The notes under the pieces were generated by a model. It was not told the DNA's origin. It made no database searches and saw only the letters and a list, made by a program, of their open reading frames with translations. Positions 23,695-34,898 of a DNA stretch of 64,000 nt are shown in pieces; the stretch's first letter is position 1; every line of letters begins with the position of its first letter. The position numbers were made by a program, and so were the translations under genes. Source of the DNA: Selaginella moellendorffii (Eukaryota > Plantae > Lycopodiophyta); assembly GCF_000143415.4 (NCBI RefSeq), contig NW_003314275.1, positions 1,183,955-1,247,954 on the forward strand. The letters run 5' to 3'.

Positions 23695-24717
23695 ATGGAC
23701 TACTCGTTGTTACAAATAATCGAGGAGGAGGTACTGGTGCGTTTGTCAGCAGGGTTACTACACACTCGCGTAAGATTAGTGTGCAAGCAGTGGAAAGATC
23801 TCATAGACTCGCCTAGGTTTAAGTCTCTCCATCACAAATACCACTCTGGATTCAAAGGTGGTGAGCGAAGTCCTCCCATTATTTTGGGCCTTGAGTGCAA
23901 TGGTAGCCTCGCTAAATGCAATCCCTTTGGACAAGAAAGAGACAAGGATTGGATTGTGATAAACCCACTACCAGAACTTCGCTTCTATCTTCTTTCATGT
24001 GCTGGTGGACTGATGTTTGGGCGGATTACCAGCAACAAGAGCTATGTTACCTTGAATCCCCTCACTGGGGATCTCAAGGTCCTCCCACCGCCACCTTTGG
24101 AACCCCTGCCCTCCACGGCCATCATGGCCACGCACACGTCGAGGCAGCGTTACTGGATTTGCATTTCATATATGCGTGTAGTCTACTTGTACGATTCGAG
24201 TGTGGGGATTTGGCAAGAGGTTTCGCTGCCTGAAGGATGGAAGCATCACTGCTATGCAAAGGCGATCAATAATAAGGTGTATTACTACTGTCGTGGACTA
24301 GATCATGTTGATACCGGTCTCATGGGAGTTTTGAGCCTGGATCTGGAAAGTTTAAGTTGGTCTACGGAGTGGGAAATCCATGGGTATAGTACTCCAAGCC
24401 GTTGTTGTATAGATTTTCTTGTATCGCCAGCGCTGGAATTTTTCAAAGTCACTGTAGACTCTATGTATCATCTATCAAGGCTGGATGCTGCATCTAAAGG
24501 CTTTGTCGAGGAAGTTGGCTTGCCTTTGAATATGAAAGAAGGCATGTCTCATGTTCCATCTTGCTGCTACAAGGACACGATTGTGGTTGCCGGTCCCAAA
24601 CAATTGGAAGTGCTGGATTACAAGACCAAATCTTGGACCACCCATAAAAACAAAAAGTTTTCCAGATTTGATTTCTTGTTTCTATTCACATCATCCTTGT
24701 TTGATCCAAAACATTGA
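23695..24717 (+). CDS. F-box protein with FBA/Kelch-like C-terminal region, intronless
   Basis: LLQIIEEEVLVRLS..VRLVCKQWKDLIDSPRF, LNPLTG..LPP, YDSSVGIW. Confidence 0.85.
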   Translation: MDYSLLQIIEEEVLVRLSAGLLHTRVRLVCKQWKDLIDSPRFKSLHHKYHSGFKGGERSPPIILGLECNGSLAKCNPFGQERDKDWIVINPLPELRFYLLSCAGGLMFGRITSNKSYVTLNPLTGDLKVLPPPPLEPLPSTAIMATHTSRQRYWICISYMRVVYLYDSSVGIWQEVSLPEGWKHHCYAKAINNKVYYYCRGLDHVDTGLMGVLSLDLESLSWSTEWEIHGYSTPSRCCIDFLVSPALEFFKVTVDSMYHLSRLDAASKGFVEEVGLPLNMKEGMSHVPSCCYKDTIVVAGPKQLEVLDYKTKSWTTHKNKKFSRFDFLFLFTSSLFDPKH

Positions 24718-24789
24718 TGTTAAGGTTTAACTTGAAAATCAAAAGTGGTTTGCTTCCGTATAAATAATATATAGTATTTCAACATATAC

Positions 24790-24932
24790 TAGTGGACGCT
24801 GCACTTCGAGGTAGCTAGCTTGTACTGGAATCTGAAAGAAGGCTTGTCTCAACCTTGCTGCCAAAACATTAGCGATTGCAAGACCAAACTTTGGAGCACC
24901 AGTTTCTTGATTTCATTCGTTGTTTGATCCTC
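24790..24932 (+). pseudogene. Decayed partial copy of the F-box gene 3' end
   Basis: gaaagaaggcttgtctc, cttgctgc, caagaccaaa and tgtttgatcc are collinear with 24480-24710. Confidence 0.6.
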
Positions 24933-25246
24933 GTCAATGAATAAAACCACGTTTTAGATAATTGAAGTACATTGACAAAACTAAGCATAAATGCATCAAA
25001 CTTTTGATCATACCTATCCACAAGAGTGGAGTAGGGCTTTACCGCCATTGGGCACCGAATCTACCGTACGCCCAGAGAAAGAAGCAGCCACGTCACCGGG
25101 CGGGTATCCACGTCACACTGCCATTTTCAGTACCGACCACTCGCAGGGTACCAGGTCACGCCCATTTCATTTAAAATCCGAACTCGCGGGATATCGATAT
25201 CGATATCGATTGAGAGCTCTGTCCAAGCGAGCGAGCGAAGAACAAA

Positions 25247-26056
25247 ATGGGCGCCAAGAAGCTGCTGGTGGAGATCGCGAGCGCCGCCAATCTCATGCCC
25301 AAGGATGGCCAGGGATCGGCGAGCCCCTACTGCGTGGTCGAATTCGATGGGCAGCGCCAGCAAACGGAGGTGAGAGAAAAGGATCTGAATCCGGTGTGGA
25401 ACAGCGTGGTAGAATTCAGCGCGCTCGAATCGCCAACCATGGAAGCGCAGGCTCTGGTTGTCACCGTCTTGAGCGTCAAGAAGCCATCGCAGAGGAGGCC
25501 CAGTTTCCTGGGAAGAGTGAGGATCCGGGGAGCAAATTTCGCCAAGCAAGGGGAGGAGGCGCTCGTCTACTATCAGCTCAAGAGGAGGAGCTTGTTCTCG
25601 CAGGTGAAAGGTGAGATTGGGCTCAAGGTGTGGTGGACGGACGAGCCAGATCCTCCGCCTCCAGCGGAGGCCCCTGCCGAAGCAGCCGCCGAAGCAGCCA
25701 CCGAAGCTCCTGCCGGGCCTGCCGAAGCAGAGGCCCCGCCCGCCGAGCCTCCAGCCCCCGAGACAGAAGCGGCGACGCCCGAGAGCGCCGAGGCAGTGGC
25801 ACCTGGCTCGGAAGCGGCGCCGCCTGCCGAGCCTAGCCCCGAGGCTGCCCCCGAGCCTGAGGCGAATAGAGAGGACGAGCGCATTGAGGTGATCGAGAAG
25901 ACGATGATGTCGCTGCTCGAGCCCGTGTATTGGGATCACAATCTACCGTACGCGTGCGAGGTGCCTTGGAACAATTTCATTGCCGCGAGCGTTCTCGAGA
26001 ACCCGTACATCAATCTGCCGGAGGAGAGCTGGATCATCGAAGCAGCAAAGACTTGA
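25247..26056 (+). CDS. C2-domain-only protein (MCTP C2A paralog) with Pro/Ala/Glu linker and short unique tail
   Basis: KLLVEIASAANLMPKDGQGSASPY..KDLNPVWN..FLGRVRI..KRRSLFSQVKGEIGLKVWW, matching the N-terminus of 27528-31058. Intact 269-aa ORF. Confidence 0.85.
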   Translation: MGAKKLLVEIASAANLMPKDGQGSASPYCVVEFDGQRQQTEVREKDLNPVWNSVVEFSALESPTMEAQALVVTVLSVKKPSQRRPSFLGRVRIRGANFAKQGEEALVYYQLKRRSLFSQVKGEIGLKVWWTDEPDPPPPAEAPAEAAAEAATEAPAGPAEAEAPPAEPPAPETEAATPESAEAVAPGSEAAPPAEPSPEAAPEPEANREDERIEVIEKTMMSLLEPVYWDHNLPYACEVPWNNFIAASVLENPYINLPEESWIIEAAKT

Positions 26057-27527
26057 CAAGAGCATAGGGAAGAACTAAAGAACTTGTATATCACTGTAAT
26101 CAAGTAAAGTGGTCTGGAAGTAATAGTTTGCAGCAATAGCTTCAAAAGGTTCCTAGAGTTTGTCTGAAGCGAAACTTTCACTGTTCGCTTTCTTTTTGCA
26201 AAGTGTTTCTCTATCTAGATAGAATAGTATCGAAAGTTTTTTGTACTCGAAAGTTTCAGAAAGTGTATTTTTGATCGTAGATTTAGTGTGGGTGGCCAGA
26301 AATCGTCAGCGCAAGGCATGCCTGTGCTCGATTGGTCACGGTTGACAATGACGACTCCATGATCTCGACTTTATCGCGCAGAAATTGTCGCGAAGAAATT
26401 AGAAAGCTTTGTCCAAATTAGATGGGCGAGTCAACCAAACCAGCGCCTAGATCTACAAATCGATGCTCCTGTCGATGCCTGCGCCACCAGCCCTAAAAAA
26501 CATTTCAATTAACCTCTTAATTAAATTAACAACCATTCACATAGAAACAGCATAGTCAAAGAGACAAGACAAGGCATCTGTTAGAATCTATTTCCCCATT
26601 AAAAAATAGAGAAAATAATTCATAAAAACATAATTTTCAACTCCTCGTACCGAAAGTGGCAATCGAAATACTAATCTATTCCAGTCTGGGTATATTCCAA
26701 GCGATAAGTGAAAATCTAAAATTCATGAAAAGCGACAGAATATCCTGGCTGACTGACGGCGCGATCCTCACGCCGGACCATCATAACCGTCCGACAACGA
26801 CCGGCGGACCGGGAGAGCCGGTCGCTCGATCCGGGCCGTCCAATTCCTCTGCGTTGGCCGTCAATTCCAGGTCACTGTGGAGTGACAGAGGCAGGTTCTA
26901 CAGGGACGAGCTGGAGGAATGCGTACAAAGTTTTTTAGGGCTGGGCGCTGTGGCGTCGTTTCTCTCACGCATCGATTTGTAGGCAGCAGCAGGAATCGGC
27001 GCTTAGATCTAGGCGCTAGCGAATGGCGGATTGATTGAGAATCAGGCGTGATTTCGTCCGGGGAATGGCGATCGGGAGGACAATGCTGGTGCTGGATTGA
27101 TTCAGGCAGTGTTCCAGGGGTAAGCATCGAGAGGAATCGCTGGTTTCCCGCGAGATTTCTGCTGGGAGCGTATGTTGCAGGCCTCAATGCTCGCGGCGGA
27201 TTTCCTTGACTAGTTAATTCCCGATAGAACTTCTCCTCTTCAGGTTGAGATAGCGAAAAATCTGGCAAGGGCTGGGTCCCTGTTCGATCGTCAGTCGCAC
27301 CACGCAAGGTATGTCTAGTTTTTTAAAGATATTTTAGAATGGGTTCTTTTTTTTTTCTCATGAAGGTTCTACACAATCTCTGATAGAGCAAATAAAAGGT
27401 CCTTTCGTCTGACAGGTACATGTTTTCATGCTTTTTCTTCCTATGCTAGAAATGAAGTTGTCACACTGATCTCTTTTTTTCCTACAGGAGTACTCTCTAA
27501 TGCTTTAGTCACGTACGAAGGACTGCC

Positions 27528-30500
27528 ATGGGGAGGAAACTGTTTGTGGAGGTTTGTAATGCTGCGGATCTCATGCCCAAGGATGGACAGGGATCCGCGA
27601 GTGCTTACTGCACGCTGGAGTTCGATGGACAACGTCGGAAAACCGATACAAAGGCCAAGGATTTAAATCCAGTGTGGAACACCGTCGTCGAGTTTCCGAT
27701 ACTCGAAGGCAAAAATCTCGAAAGTGAGGTGCTGGAGTTGTCAGTGCTGTGCGAGAAACGAGGTGCGCAGAGGAAGCCAGGATTTCTGGGAAAGGTGAAG
27801 ATTCCAGGGAGGAGCATTGTGAAGAAAGGGGAGGAGGCTCTTGTATACTATCCTCTGGAGAAGCGAAGCATGTTCTCGCAAGTCAAGGGAGAGATTGGTT
27901 TGAAAGTTTGGTGGAGCGACGATCCGGATCCATCACCGCCAGCTCCAGCTTCTCCTTCTGCTGCCGCAGCTGCTTCTGGTGGTGGTACTCCTCCAGCGGA
28001 AGAAGTTACTGCAAAAGACGCAGCGGTGCCAGAAGTTACAGAAGAAGCTCCTGCTGCGCCTGCTGCTGCTGCTGCTGCTGCCGCTGCCGCGGAACATCAT
28101 CCAGCTCCGTCCGAGCCAGCTGAAGCTCCTGTCGAACAGGTACGAGAAATTCAGCTCGAAGAGATGGCGGAGCCGAAGGAAGAGAAGCATGAAGAGACGG
28201 AGGAAAGGAGAGAAGACGCAAGAGAGGAGGTGCCAATGGAGCGGAAGGAAGAGCAAGAAGAGATGAGAGAGATACCGAACGAGAGCAAGGAAGAGAAGCA
28301 CGAGAAGGAAGAGGAGAAGAGAGAAGAAGCGAGGGACGAGAAGAAAGAAGAAGAAAGGAAGGAAGACAAGAAAGAGAAGGAGAAGAAGGAAGACCACCAC
28401 AAAGAAGAGAAGGAAGAGAGGAAGGAAGAAGAGAAGAAAGAGGAGAAGAAGAAAGATGAGAAGCATGAAGAGAAGAAGAAAGATGAGAAGCATGAAGAGA
28501 AGAAGAAAGAGGAGAAGCATGAAGAGAAGAATGAGCAGAAGCATGAACCGAAGCAGTATGAAGAAAAGAAGAAAGAGGAGAAGAAGGAGAACAAGAAGGA
28601 GGACAAGGAGGAGAAGAAACCAGAGGAGACGAGAGAATATCGAAGTGTGGGAAGGAGGGAAGAACAGAAAGACGTGAAGGATCAAAAGATAAAAGAGAGG
28701 AAAGGTGACGCACCGACAATCGTCATAAAGAGGCACGACGACGAACACGAACACGAGCTCTCTCGGAAGCTAGTCCGGTCAAGCACTGTGCCATCGACAG
28801 ACTTCCATTTGAAGGAGACTACGCCCGCTCTTGCCAGAGGAATCGGAGAGAGAGTGGTCACGTATGATCTGGTGGAGAAGATGAACTACTTGTTCGTCAA
28901 GGTGGTGAAGGCCCGAGCTCTGATGGAATCCGGCAGCGGCTCCTCTTATGCAAGGATAGTTTTTGGGAGCCTCACGGCAAAGACGAAGGAGGTTGGCAAG
29001 AGCCTGTTCCCGGAGTGGCACGAAATCTTTGCCTTCAGCAAGGATAATTCTGCAGGACCCGTGGTAGAAGTCAGCATCTGGGACCACGAAACAGATCAGT
29101 TCATGGGAGCTGTCGGCTTTGACTTGCAAGAAATTCCTTTCCGAGTTCCTCCAGACAGTCCCTTGGCACCGCAGTGGTACAGGCTCGAAAACATCAGCAA
29201 GAATGCCGAGAAGAAAGTCCGAGGGGATGTGATGCTGGCTATATGGTGGGGAACGCAAGCCGACGAAGCTTTCACGGAAGCATGGCAGTCGGACTCTGGA
29301 GGATACGCACACACTCGAGCGAAAGTTTATCTCTCTCCAAAGCTTTGGTACCTGAGAGTGAACGTCATCGAGGCTCAGGAGGTCCAACCGATGGACAGGA
29401 CGAGATTTCCAGAAGTGAGCGTTCGTGCACAGCTGGGGTTCCAGATCTACAAGACGAAGGTGGCGAGCAACCGTAACACAAGTCCTCAGTGGAACGAGGA
29501 CTTGCTGTTCGTGGCCTCGGAGCCTTTTGAAGACGAGCTGCTGCTGGTTGTCCAGAACAAAACCGCCAAGCCCAACGAGGAAGAGGTGCTCGGGATGGTG
29601 AAGATAGCTCTCGCCGGGATCGAGAAGAGGATAGACCATCGCCAGGTGAACTCCAAGTGGTTCGATCTCGTGAGATACAACGGAGGTGACAAGCACTTCC
29701 ACGGCCGGCTTCACTTGCGGCTGTGCTTCGATGGTGGCTACCATGTCATGGACGAAGCCACACACTACAGCAGCTGTGTTCGGCCGACGGCCAAGCAGCT
29801 GTGGAGGCCAGTGGTGGGAGTTCTCGAGCTCGGGATTATCAGGGGCAAGGACGTCCATCCAATGAAAACAGTCGACGGCAGGGGTGCTACCGACGCTTAC
29901 TGCGTCGCAAAGTATGGCCAGAAATGGGTGAGGACGAGAACCATCGTCGACAACTTAAACCCCCGGTGGAACGAGCAGTACTCCTGGGAAGTCTACGATC
30001 CATGCACAGTTCTCACGGTCGGGGTGTTCGACAACTGCCATGTCCATCCTCACCCGGAAGGAGGCAAAGACTTGAAGGACTTACAGATTGGCAAAGTTCG
30101 TATCCGGCTGTCGACGCTGGAGAGCGAGAGGATCTACACCAACAGCCATCCGCTGCTCATGCTCCAGCGCTCCGGCGTGAGGAAGCTCGGAGAGATCGAG
30201 CTCGCCGTGCGGTACTCGTCGGTTTCCATCGTCAGCGTCATGGGTCTCTACTTCCGGCCGCTGCTGCCAAAGATGCACTACTTGCATCCGCTGGGGGTGA
30301 CGCAGTCGGAGATCCTTCGCATCAGCGCGATGAGGCTCGTCGCCATCCGGCTCAACCGTTCCGAGCCGCCACTCCGCCAGGAAGTCGTCCAGTTCATGCT
30401 TGACGCCGACTTCCACGTCTGGAGCCTGCGGCGCTCCAAGGTGAACTACTTCCGGATCATGAACTTACTGGCGGGTCCGATGGCCGTGGGGACGTGGTTC

Positions 30501-31058
30501 CACAACATCTGCCACTGGAAGAACCCGGTGACAACGCTGCTCGTCCACATCCTCTTCCTCATCCTGGTGATGTTCCCGGAGCTCATCCTTCCGACGCTCT
30601 TCCTCTACCTCTCGCTCATCGGCGCCTGGAGGTACCGCTACAGGCCTCGGTCGCCTCCATCCATGGACGGGAAGTTGTCACAGGCCGAGCAGGTGGAACC
30701 CGACGAGCTGGACGAAGAGTTTGATCCAATCCCGACGAACAAAGATCCCAGCGTCGTCAAGGCTCGCTACGATCGGCTCCGGATAGTTTCTTCGCGGATC
30801 CAGCACGTCCTGGGAGACATAGCCACGCAGGGGGAGAGGCTTACCGCGCTGCTAAGCTGGAGAGACCCGCGAGCGAGCGGGATAATGGTGGCGGTGTGCA
30901 TGACCATCGCCATCTTTCTCTACGTGGTTCCACTCCGGGTGATCGTGGTGATCGTGGGGCTCTACGTTTTGAGGCATCCAAAGTTCCGGGAGCGCTTGCC
31001 GGGCTGGCCGATCAATTTCTTCCGGAGGCTGCCGTCACTGGCAGATCGTATACTTTGA
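27528..31058 (+). CDS. MCTP: Multiple C2 domain and transmembrane protein (MCTP; QUIRKY/FTIP family), intronless CDS
   Basis: Four C2 domains (YDLVEKMNYLFVKVVKAR, VYLSPKLWYLRVNVIEAQ, DAYCVAKYGQKWVRTRT). PRT_C end DELDEEFD..NFFRRLPS. 5' UTR intron at about 27309-27487. Confidence 0.96.
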   Translation: MGRKLFVEVCNAADLMPKDGQGSASAYCTLEFDGQRRKTDTKAKDLNPVWNTVVEFPILEGKNLESEVLELSVLCEKRGAQRKPGFLGKVKIPGRSIVKKGEEALVYYPLEKRSMFSQVKGEIGLKVWWSDDPDPSPPAPASPSAAAAASGGGTPPAEEVTAKDAAVPEVTEEAPAAPAAAAAAAAAAEHHPAPSEPAEAPVEQVREIQLEEMAEPKEEKHEETEERREDAREEVPMERKEEQEEMREIPNESKEEKHEKEEEKREEARDEKKEEERKEDKKEKEKKEDHHKEEKEERKEEEKKEEKKKDEKHEEKKKDEKHEEKKKEEKHEEKNEQKHEPKQYEEKKKEEKKENKKEDKEEKKPEETREYRSVGRREEQKDVKDQKIKERKGDAPTIVIKRHDDEHEHELSRKLVRSSTVPSTDFHLKETTPALARGIGERVVTYDLVEKMNYLFVKVVKARALMESGSGSSYARIVFGSLTAKTKEVGKSLFPEWHEIFAFSKDNSAGPVVEVSIWDHETDQFMGAVGFDLQEIPFRVPPDSPLAPQWYRLENISKNAEKKVRGDVMLAIWWGTQADEAFTEAWQSDSGGYAHTRAKVYLSPKLWYLRVNVIEAQEVQPMDRTRFPEVSVRAQLGFQIYKTKVASNRNTSPQWNEDLLFVASEPFEDELLLVVQNKTAKPNEEEVLGMVKIALAGIEKRIDHRQVNSKWFDLVRYNGGDKHFHGRLHLRLCFDGGYHVMDEATHYSSCVRPTAKQLWRPVVGVLELGIIRGKDVHPMKTVDGRGATDAYCVAKYGQKWVRTRTIVDNLNPRWNEQYSWEVYDPCTVLTVGVFDNCHVHPHPEGGKDLKDLQIGKVRIRLSTLESERIYTNSHPLLMLQRSGVRKLGEIELAVRYSSVSIVSVMGLYFRPLLPKMHYLHPLGVTQSEILRISAMRLVAIRLNRSEPPLRQEVVQFMLDADFHVWSLRRSKVNYFRIMNLLAGPMAVGTWFHNICHWKNPVTTLLVHILFLILVMFPELILPTLFLYLSLIGAWRYRYRPRSPPSMDGKLSQAEQVEPDELDEEFDPIPTNKDPSVVKARYDRLRIVSSRIQHVLGDIATQGERLTALLSWRDPRASGIMVAVCMTIAIFLYVVPLRVIVVIVGLYVLRHPKFRERLPGWPINFFRRLPSLADRIL
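28140..28700 (+). repeat. Coding low-complexity Glu/Lys tract with 27-bp tandem units (KKDEKHEEK)
   Basis: gaagaaagatgagaagcatgaagagaa repeated at about 28450-28530 within a purine-rich tract. Confidence 0.9.
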
Positions 31059-31067
31059 TGTACGTTA

Positions 31068-31425
31068 ATGTACCGCGCGGCTTACCGTGTGGCGTTTAAC
31101 TTGCAGTGCGGCATTCTTTAAAAAGCTATCTTGCAGCCCGGTTGAAAATGCATTGATGGTGGGCACCATGGCGCCGCATCTGTGCCGCGCGGCTTGCCGT
31201 GCGGTGTTTATATGTAGTGTGGCATCTTGCAGCTCAGTACCGTGCGGTGCAGTACGGCATTCTTTAAAAAGTTACCTTGCAGCGGAGTACCGTGCGGCAT
31301 TATTTAAAAGCTACCTTGCGGCGGAGTACCGTGCGGTACAATGCGGCATTTTACCTTGCAGCTCAGTACCGCGCGGTACAGCACGGCATTTCCTAAAACT
31401 CTAGCTTAACAGTGCGGCACGGCTG
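31068..31425. repeat. Imperfect repeat array of quasi-palindromic (T)ACCGYGCGG motifs with ~39-bp units (possible MITE/hAT relic)
   Basis: About 8 copies of rccgygcgg. Unit aaaagYtaccttgcRgcggagtaccgtgcggc occurs twice. Perfect palindrome gtaccgcgcggtac. Confidence 0.75.
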
Positions 31426-31574
31426 TCCAAGAGAACTCCAAACACCATGAACACGGAGAATGGAACACCAAGGGACAAGAGTGTATAGAGAGAGTGGATG
31501 ATAGTAGCATTGTGTTTCTCGTTTAACACCAAATATTTGGTCTCGCGCGTTTTTGCGGAATATTTTAGGTCGAG

Positions 31575-33333
31575 ATGGGATCGAGGGGAGCGGTGAGCAA
31601 CGCGCTCCTTCGCGCTCTGCGACGATCGATCGTAGCGCGTGTCGCGCCCGGCTCGGTAGCAGCGGCTGGATCGCGCTTAGGTGAGGAGGAGCGAGGAGCT
31701 AGATTGAAAATGTGGGAGGTTTTCGGGGTTTTGAGTGGCGCTGTGGCGATCGGCAGCTGGATCGGGCAAGGGAAATGCTCGCCGGCGCATTGCGAGGAGA
31801 GCGAGGAAGGGAAAGGGAAGTTCTTGATGAAAGGTACGCGATGAAGGTCTTGCGTGCCTAGGATTTTGATTCCTTTCTTTTGTAGAGTCTTATAGACGAA
31901 GGGTGTTCTTCAAGTATGAAAGGCGCATCAGAGCTTTCAGCCCTCCTGAGAAGGTACATGAGATTTACCACACACTCCCAACTCCACTTCTTTGATTTTT
32001 TCTTGTAGGTGTTTGAGTACTTTGCTTCACTCAGAGAAGATGGGCAATCTTTTATGACTCCATCCGATTTGATGCGTGCCGTCGTCCCAGTTTTTCCATC
32101 AAGTGAATCGAATGCCACGAGAGAAGGAAGTCTTGGTGGGGAGAGATCTCCTGGAGAGCTTAGTTGTCCTCCATCGACGTTTTTCATGCTTTTCGACACA
32201 AATGGAGACGGGCAAATATCATTTCCAGAGTAAGAACTTTGCTGGTGACTGTGCACAATACTTACCGCTGCGTTGGTGAGGCCAGGTTTATATTTTTCGT
32301 TACTCTTCTCAGCCTGCCGGAAGAGAACTTCAAGACGACTTTTAAAATGTTCGACATTGATGGGAATGAGTATGTGCTGCTGTGTAACTTTCTTCCATTG
32401 TGTACTGACTGAGACTTCTTTTCAGCATGATTGACAGGGAAGAGTTCAAAAAGATCATGAGTATAATGAGATCGCAGACTAGACAAGGCCTTGCGCAGCG
32501 AGACGGTCGTCGAAGCATTGCTGTGAAAACTAGTGGCGACTCTGTTGAAGAAGGCGGACTCGTGCAGCTCTTTTTCGGTGAGGATGGGAAGAAGCTTTTG
32601 AACTTTGAGGATTTTGTTTCTTTCTTACGTGACCTTCATGAAGAGGTAAGTATTGGTTGATTTGAAACAACTTAACTTAAAAGATAGCTTCTTGCAGATA
32701 TTAAAGCTGGAGTTTTCCCATTATGATTTCAAACGGAAAGGACATATCTCTGCTCGCGATTTTGCGTTGTCCCTAGTTTCTGCGGCCAATTTGTCCAAGA
32801 TAAATCAGTATTTGGACCTTGCGGACGCTATTGAAGACGATCCCAAGTTTAAATCCTTGCGTATCACTTACGAGGTTCGTTTAAACAAAGATTTAAATTG
32901 TTAGCACGGGCTGATTTCAAGATCTGCAGGAGTTCCGGTGTTTCGCCCAACTTCGAAAGAAACTTCCCACTTTAGCCTTGGCAATTTCGAGCTTTGGAAA
33001 GACGTCAGGCTTATTGACGAAGTCGGATTTTCAACGAGCGGCAGCGCAGGTGGTGCATCATTGAATACATTTAACTGTTTTAGTTCTATCGTTTTTCTGC
33101 TGATTGCTCAGGTCTGCAGTGTGCCCCTGACTGAGGCTGTGATAGACGTCGTGTTTTATATTTTTGATCTGAACCGAGACGGGAATCTGAGCATGGAAGA
33201 ATTTCTAGGTGCTCTGCAGAGGCGAGAGGGAGATACTGGACATCCAGCGGAGGCAGGCATTGTCCAGGTTTTGAAATGCTGGTGGAACTGTGCGCGTAAC
33301 TGTCGGAACGAGAAACAGTGGATGTCGGTTTGA
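31575..33333 (+). CDS. MICU: Mitochondrial calcium uptake protein (EF-hand), multi-exon
   Basis: Arg-rich presequence. RRRVFFKYERRIRAFSPPEKVFEYFAS, MTPSDLMRAVVP. EF-hands DTNGDGQISFPE, DIDGN, DLNRDGNLSMEE. Confidence 0.93.
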
Positions 33334-33527
33334 TAGAATCTGTTACAACATGAAACGCAGGTACGACTGACTTTAAAGCGTCCTCCACAACACAGATATT
33401 TTTCTATAATGACTAACAGATTATTTACAGAGTGGATCTATAAGGACCTGGAATCCGGTAAAGTGCTTTTGTAAATTTTTACTAAAAGAAAACTAATGAC
33501 CAACCTTTCTATGCAGCAGAATACGGT

Positions 33528-34898
33528 TCATATAGTAGGTTTTCCAGAGTTCAGGATCCAGCTGAACTGACTTGCACTTGCCGCACTGTGAAGCGGCTTG
33601 GCTTTCTTCTGAGCTCTCTGTTCCAGCTTTCGGAAACGCTGGACCAGGCCGCAGACGTAGTCCTGAGCTTGTTGAGCTTCACTGGAAAGGCCTGTCAGGC
33701 TCTCAACTTTCCAGGTCTGAATCAAGTGCTCCATAATGTCGGTGTAATCCTTGGACGTGTACACCTTGCAGTCTTGAGCGATCACGGCATAATCTCGGAA
33801 CAAGTTGGTGTTTTCTCCATCAGTCATCAGGTGTGCCGGCATTGTTATCTTCTTCTTCATCATCTCCTGGAATGCCAGCATTACCCCGTTCGGATCGATC
33901 TCAAACAGCCTTCCGACGATTCTGGTGTATGCTATCTCGTGCCTCTTCTCGTCTGACGCTATTATTCCACAGACAGTTGCCAGCTTGAGATCACCGTATT
34001 CTTTTGCGTGGCGTGCCGTGTTCCCATGAGAGATAAATGTCGCTCTTTCTTGGAAGGAGGTGTAGATGAAACCATTGTAAGGATCATTGTCGATCTGAGG
34101 TTCCTGCAAAGGTTTTTCTCGAAATTAGACTAATGCTTCAAAGCATTTTGCAGGCTGCTGCTCTTACCATGCCGGAGCCGATCAAGTACTGGGTGGTACG
34201 TTCGACCATTTTCATGTTGACTCTTCCTGACAAATACAGATATTTGTTGAGCAGCTCTCCATGCCTGTTCTCCTCGGCTGTCCAGGCCCTGATCCAAACT
34301 GCCCACGGCGTGTCACTACAGCCCGACTCGTCTCTCACGCCTTTGAAGGTGTTGAACATCGTCTGATAAGTCGGAAGAGCTTCCTCTGTGATCATGTCGC
34401 CGATGAGACACACCAAGTGATCGTCAGGGAGACTGGAAACTCTCTTTTGGAGCTCCAAGACCTCATCGTAGAATGTGGGTGAGGAAGAGTCGGGAAGAAA
34501 GTCTTGGGGCTGCCAGCATTTCTCGACAGGCTTGAGAAGAGGGAGGAGACTTTTGACGGCCCAGTCACTCATGGAGTCGATGACTTCCACTCTGTCCCTC
34601 ATAGTCGTCTCCGGATCACGTAAGTTGGAACTCTGCCTGGGCCTGCTGCTTACGAACACCGGTTCCGGCTTCTTGATACTGATTTCTAGCGTGGAATTTC
34701 TACAGGCAAACAATGAGGAAATCTTGTCAAAAGAAAGACAAAGCAGCGCGATACGACAAACCTTGGCGCTGTCGGGGCGGCAGTTGCTTCCATTCTGATC
34801 CGGCTTGCTGCTCGGGTACTTCGGAGCAGCTGCAAGTTCGGGCATTGGAAGTCTTTGCTGGAGAGATGATGCGGCATCGGCATTGTCTTGGAACTCAT
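33528..34898 (-). CDS. SAD: Plastidial acyl-ACP (stearoyl-ACP-type) desaturase, 3 exons
   Basis: [47 protein letters not shown] di-iron motifs. Transit-peptide-like first exon; exact start uncertain. Confidence 0.93.

Noticed and set aside
25058-25952. 14-bp direct repeat aatctaccgtacgc upstream of and inside the C2-only gene
   Set aside because: Single short match with no element boundaries; one copy is coding.
27933-29858. Long antisense and alternate-frame ORFs over the MCTP (and similar ones over the NPF, C2 and Nup155 genes)
   Set aside because: Shadow ORFs caused by low-complexity or GC-rich coding sequence; no recognisable motifs.
4588-33333. A calcium-signalling gene cluster (Orai, C2 proteins, MICU)
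   Set aside because: The genes are separated by many unrelated loci; co-location is plausible by chance in a gene-dense genome.
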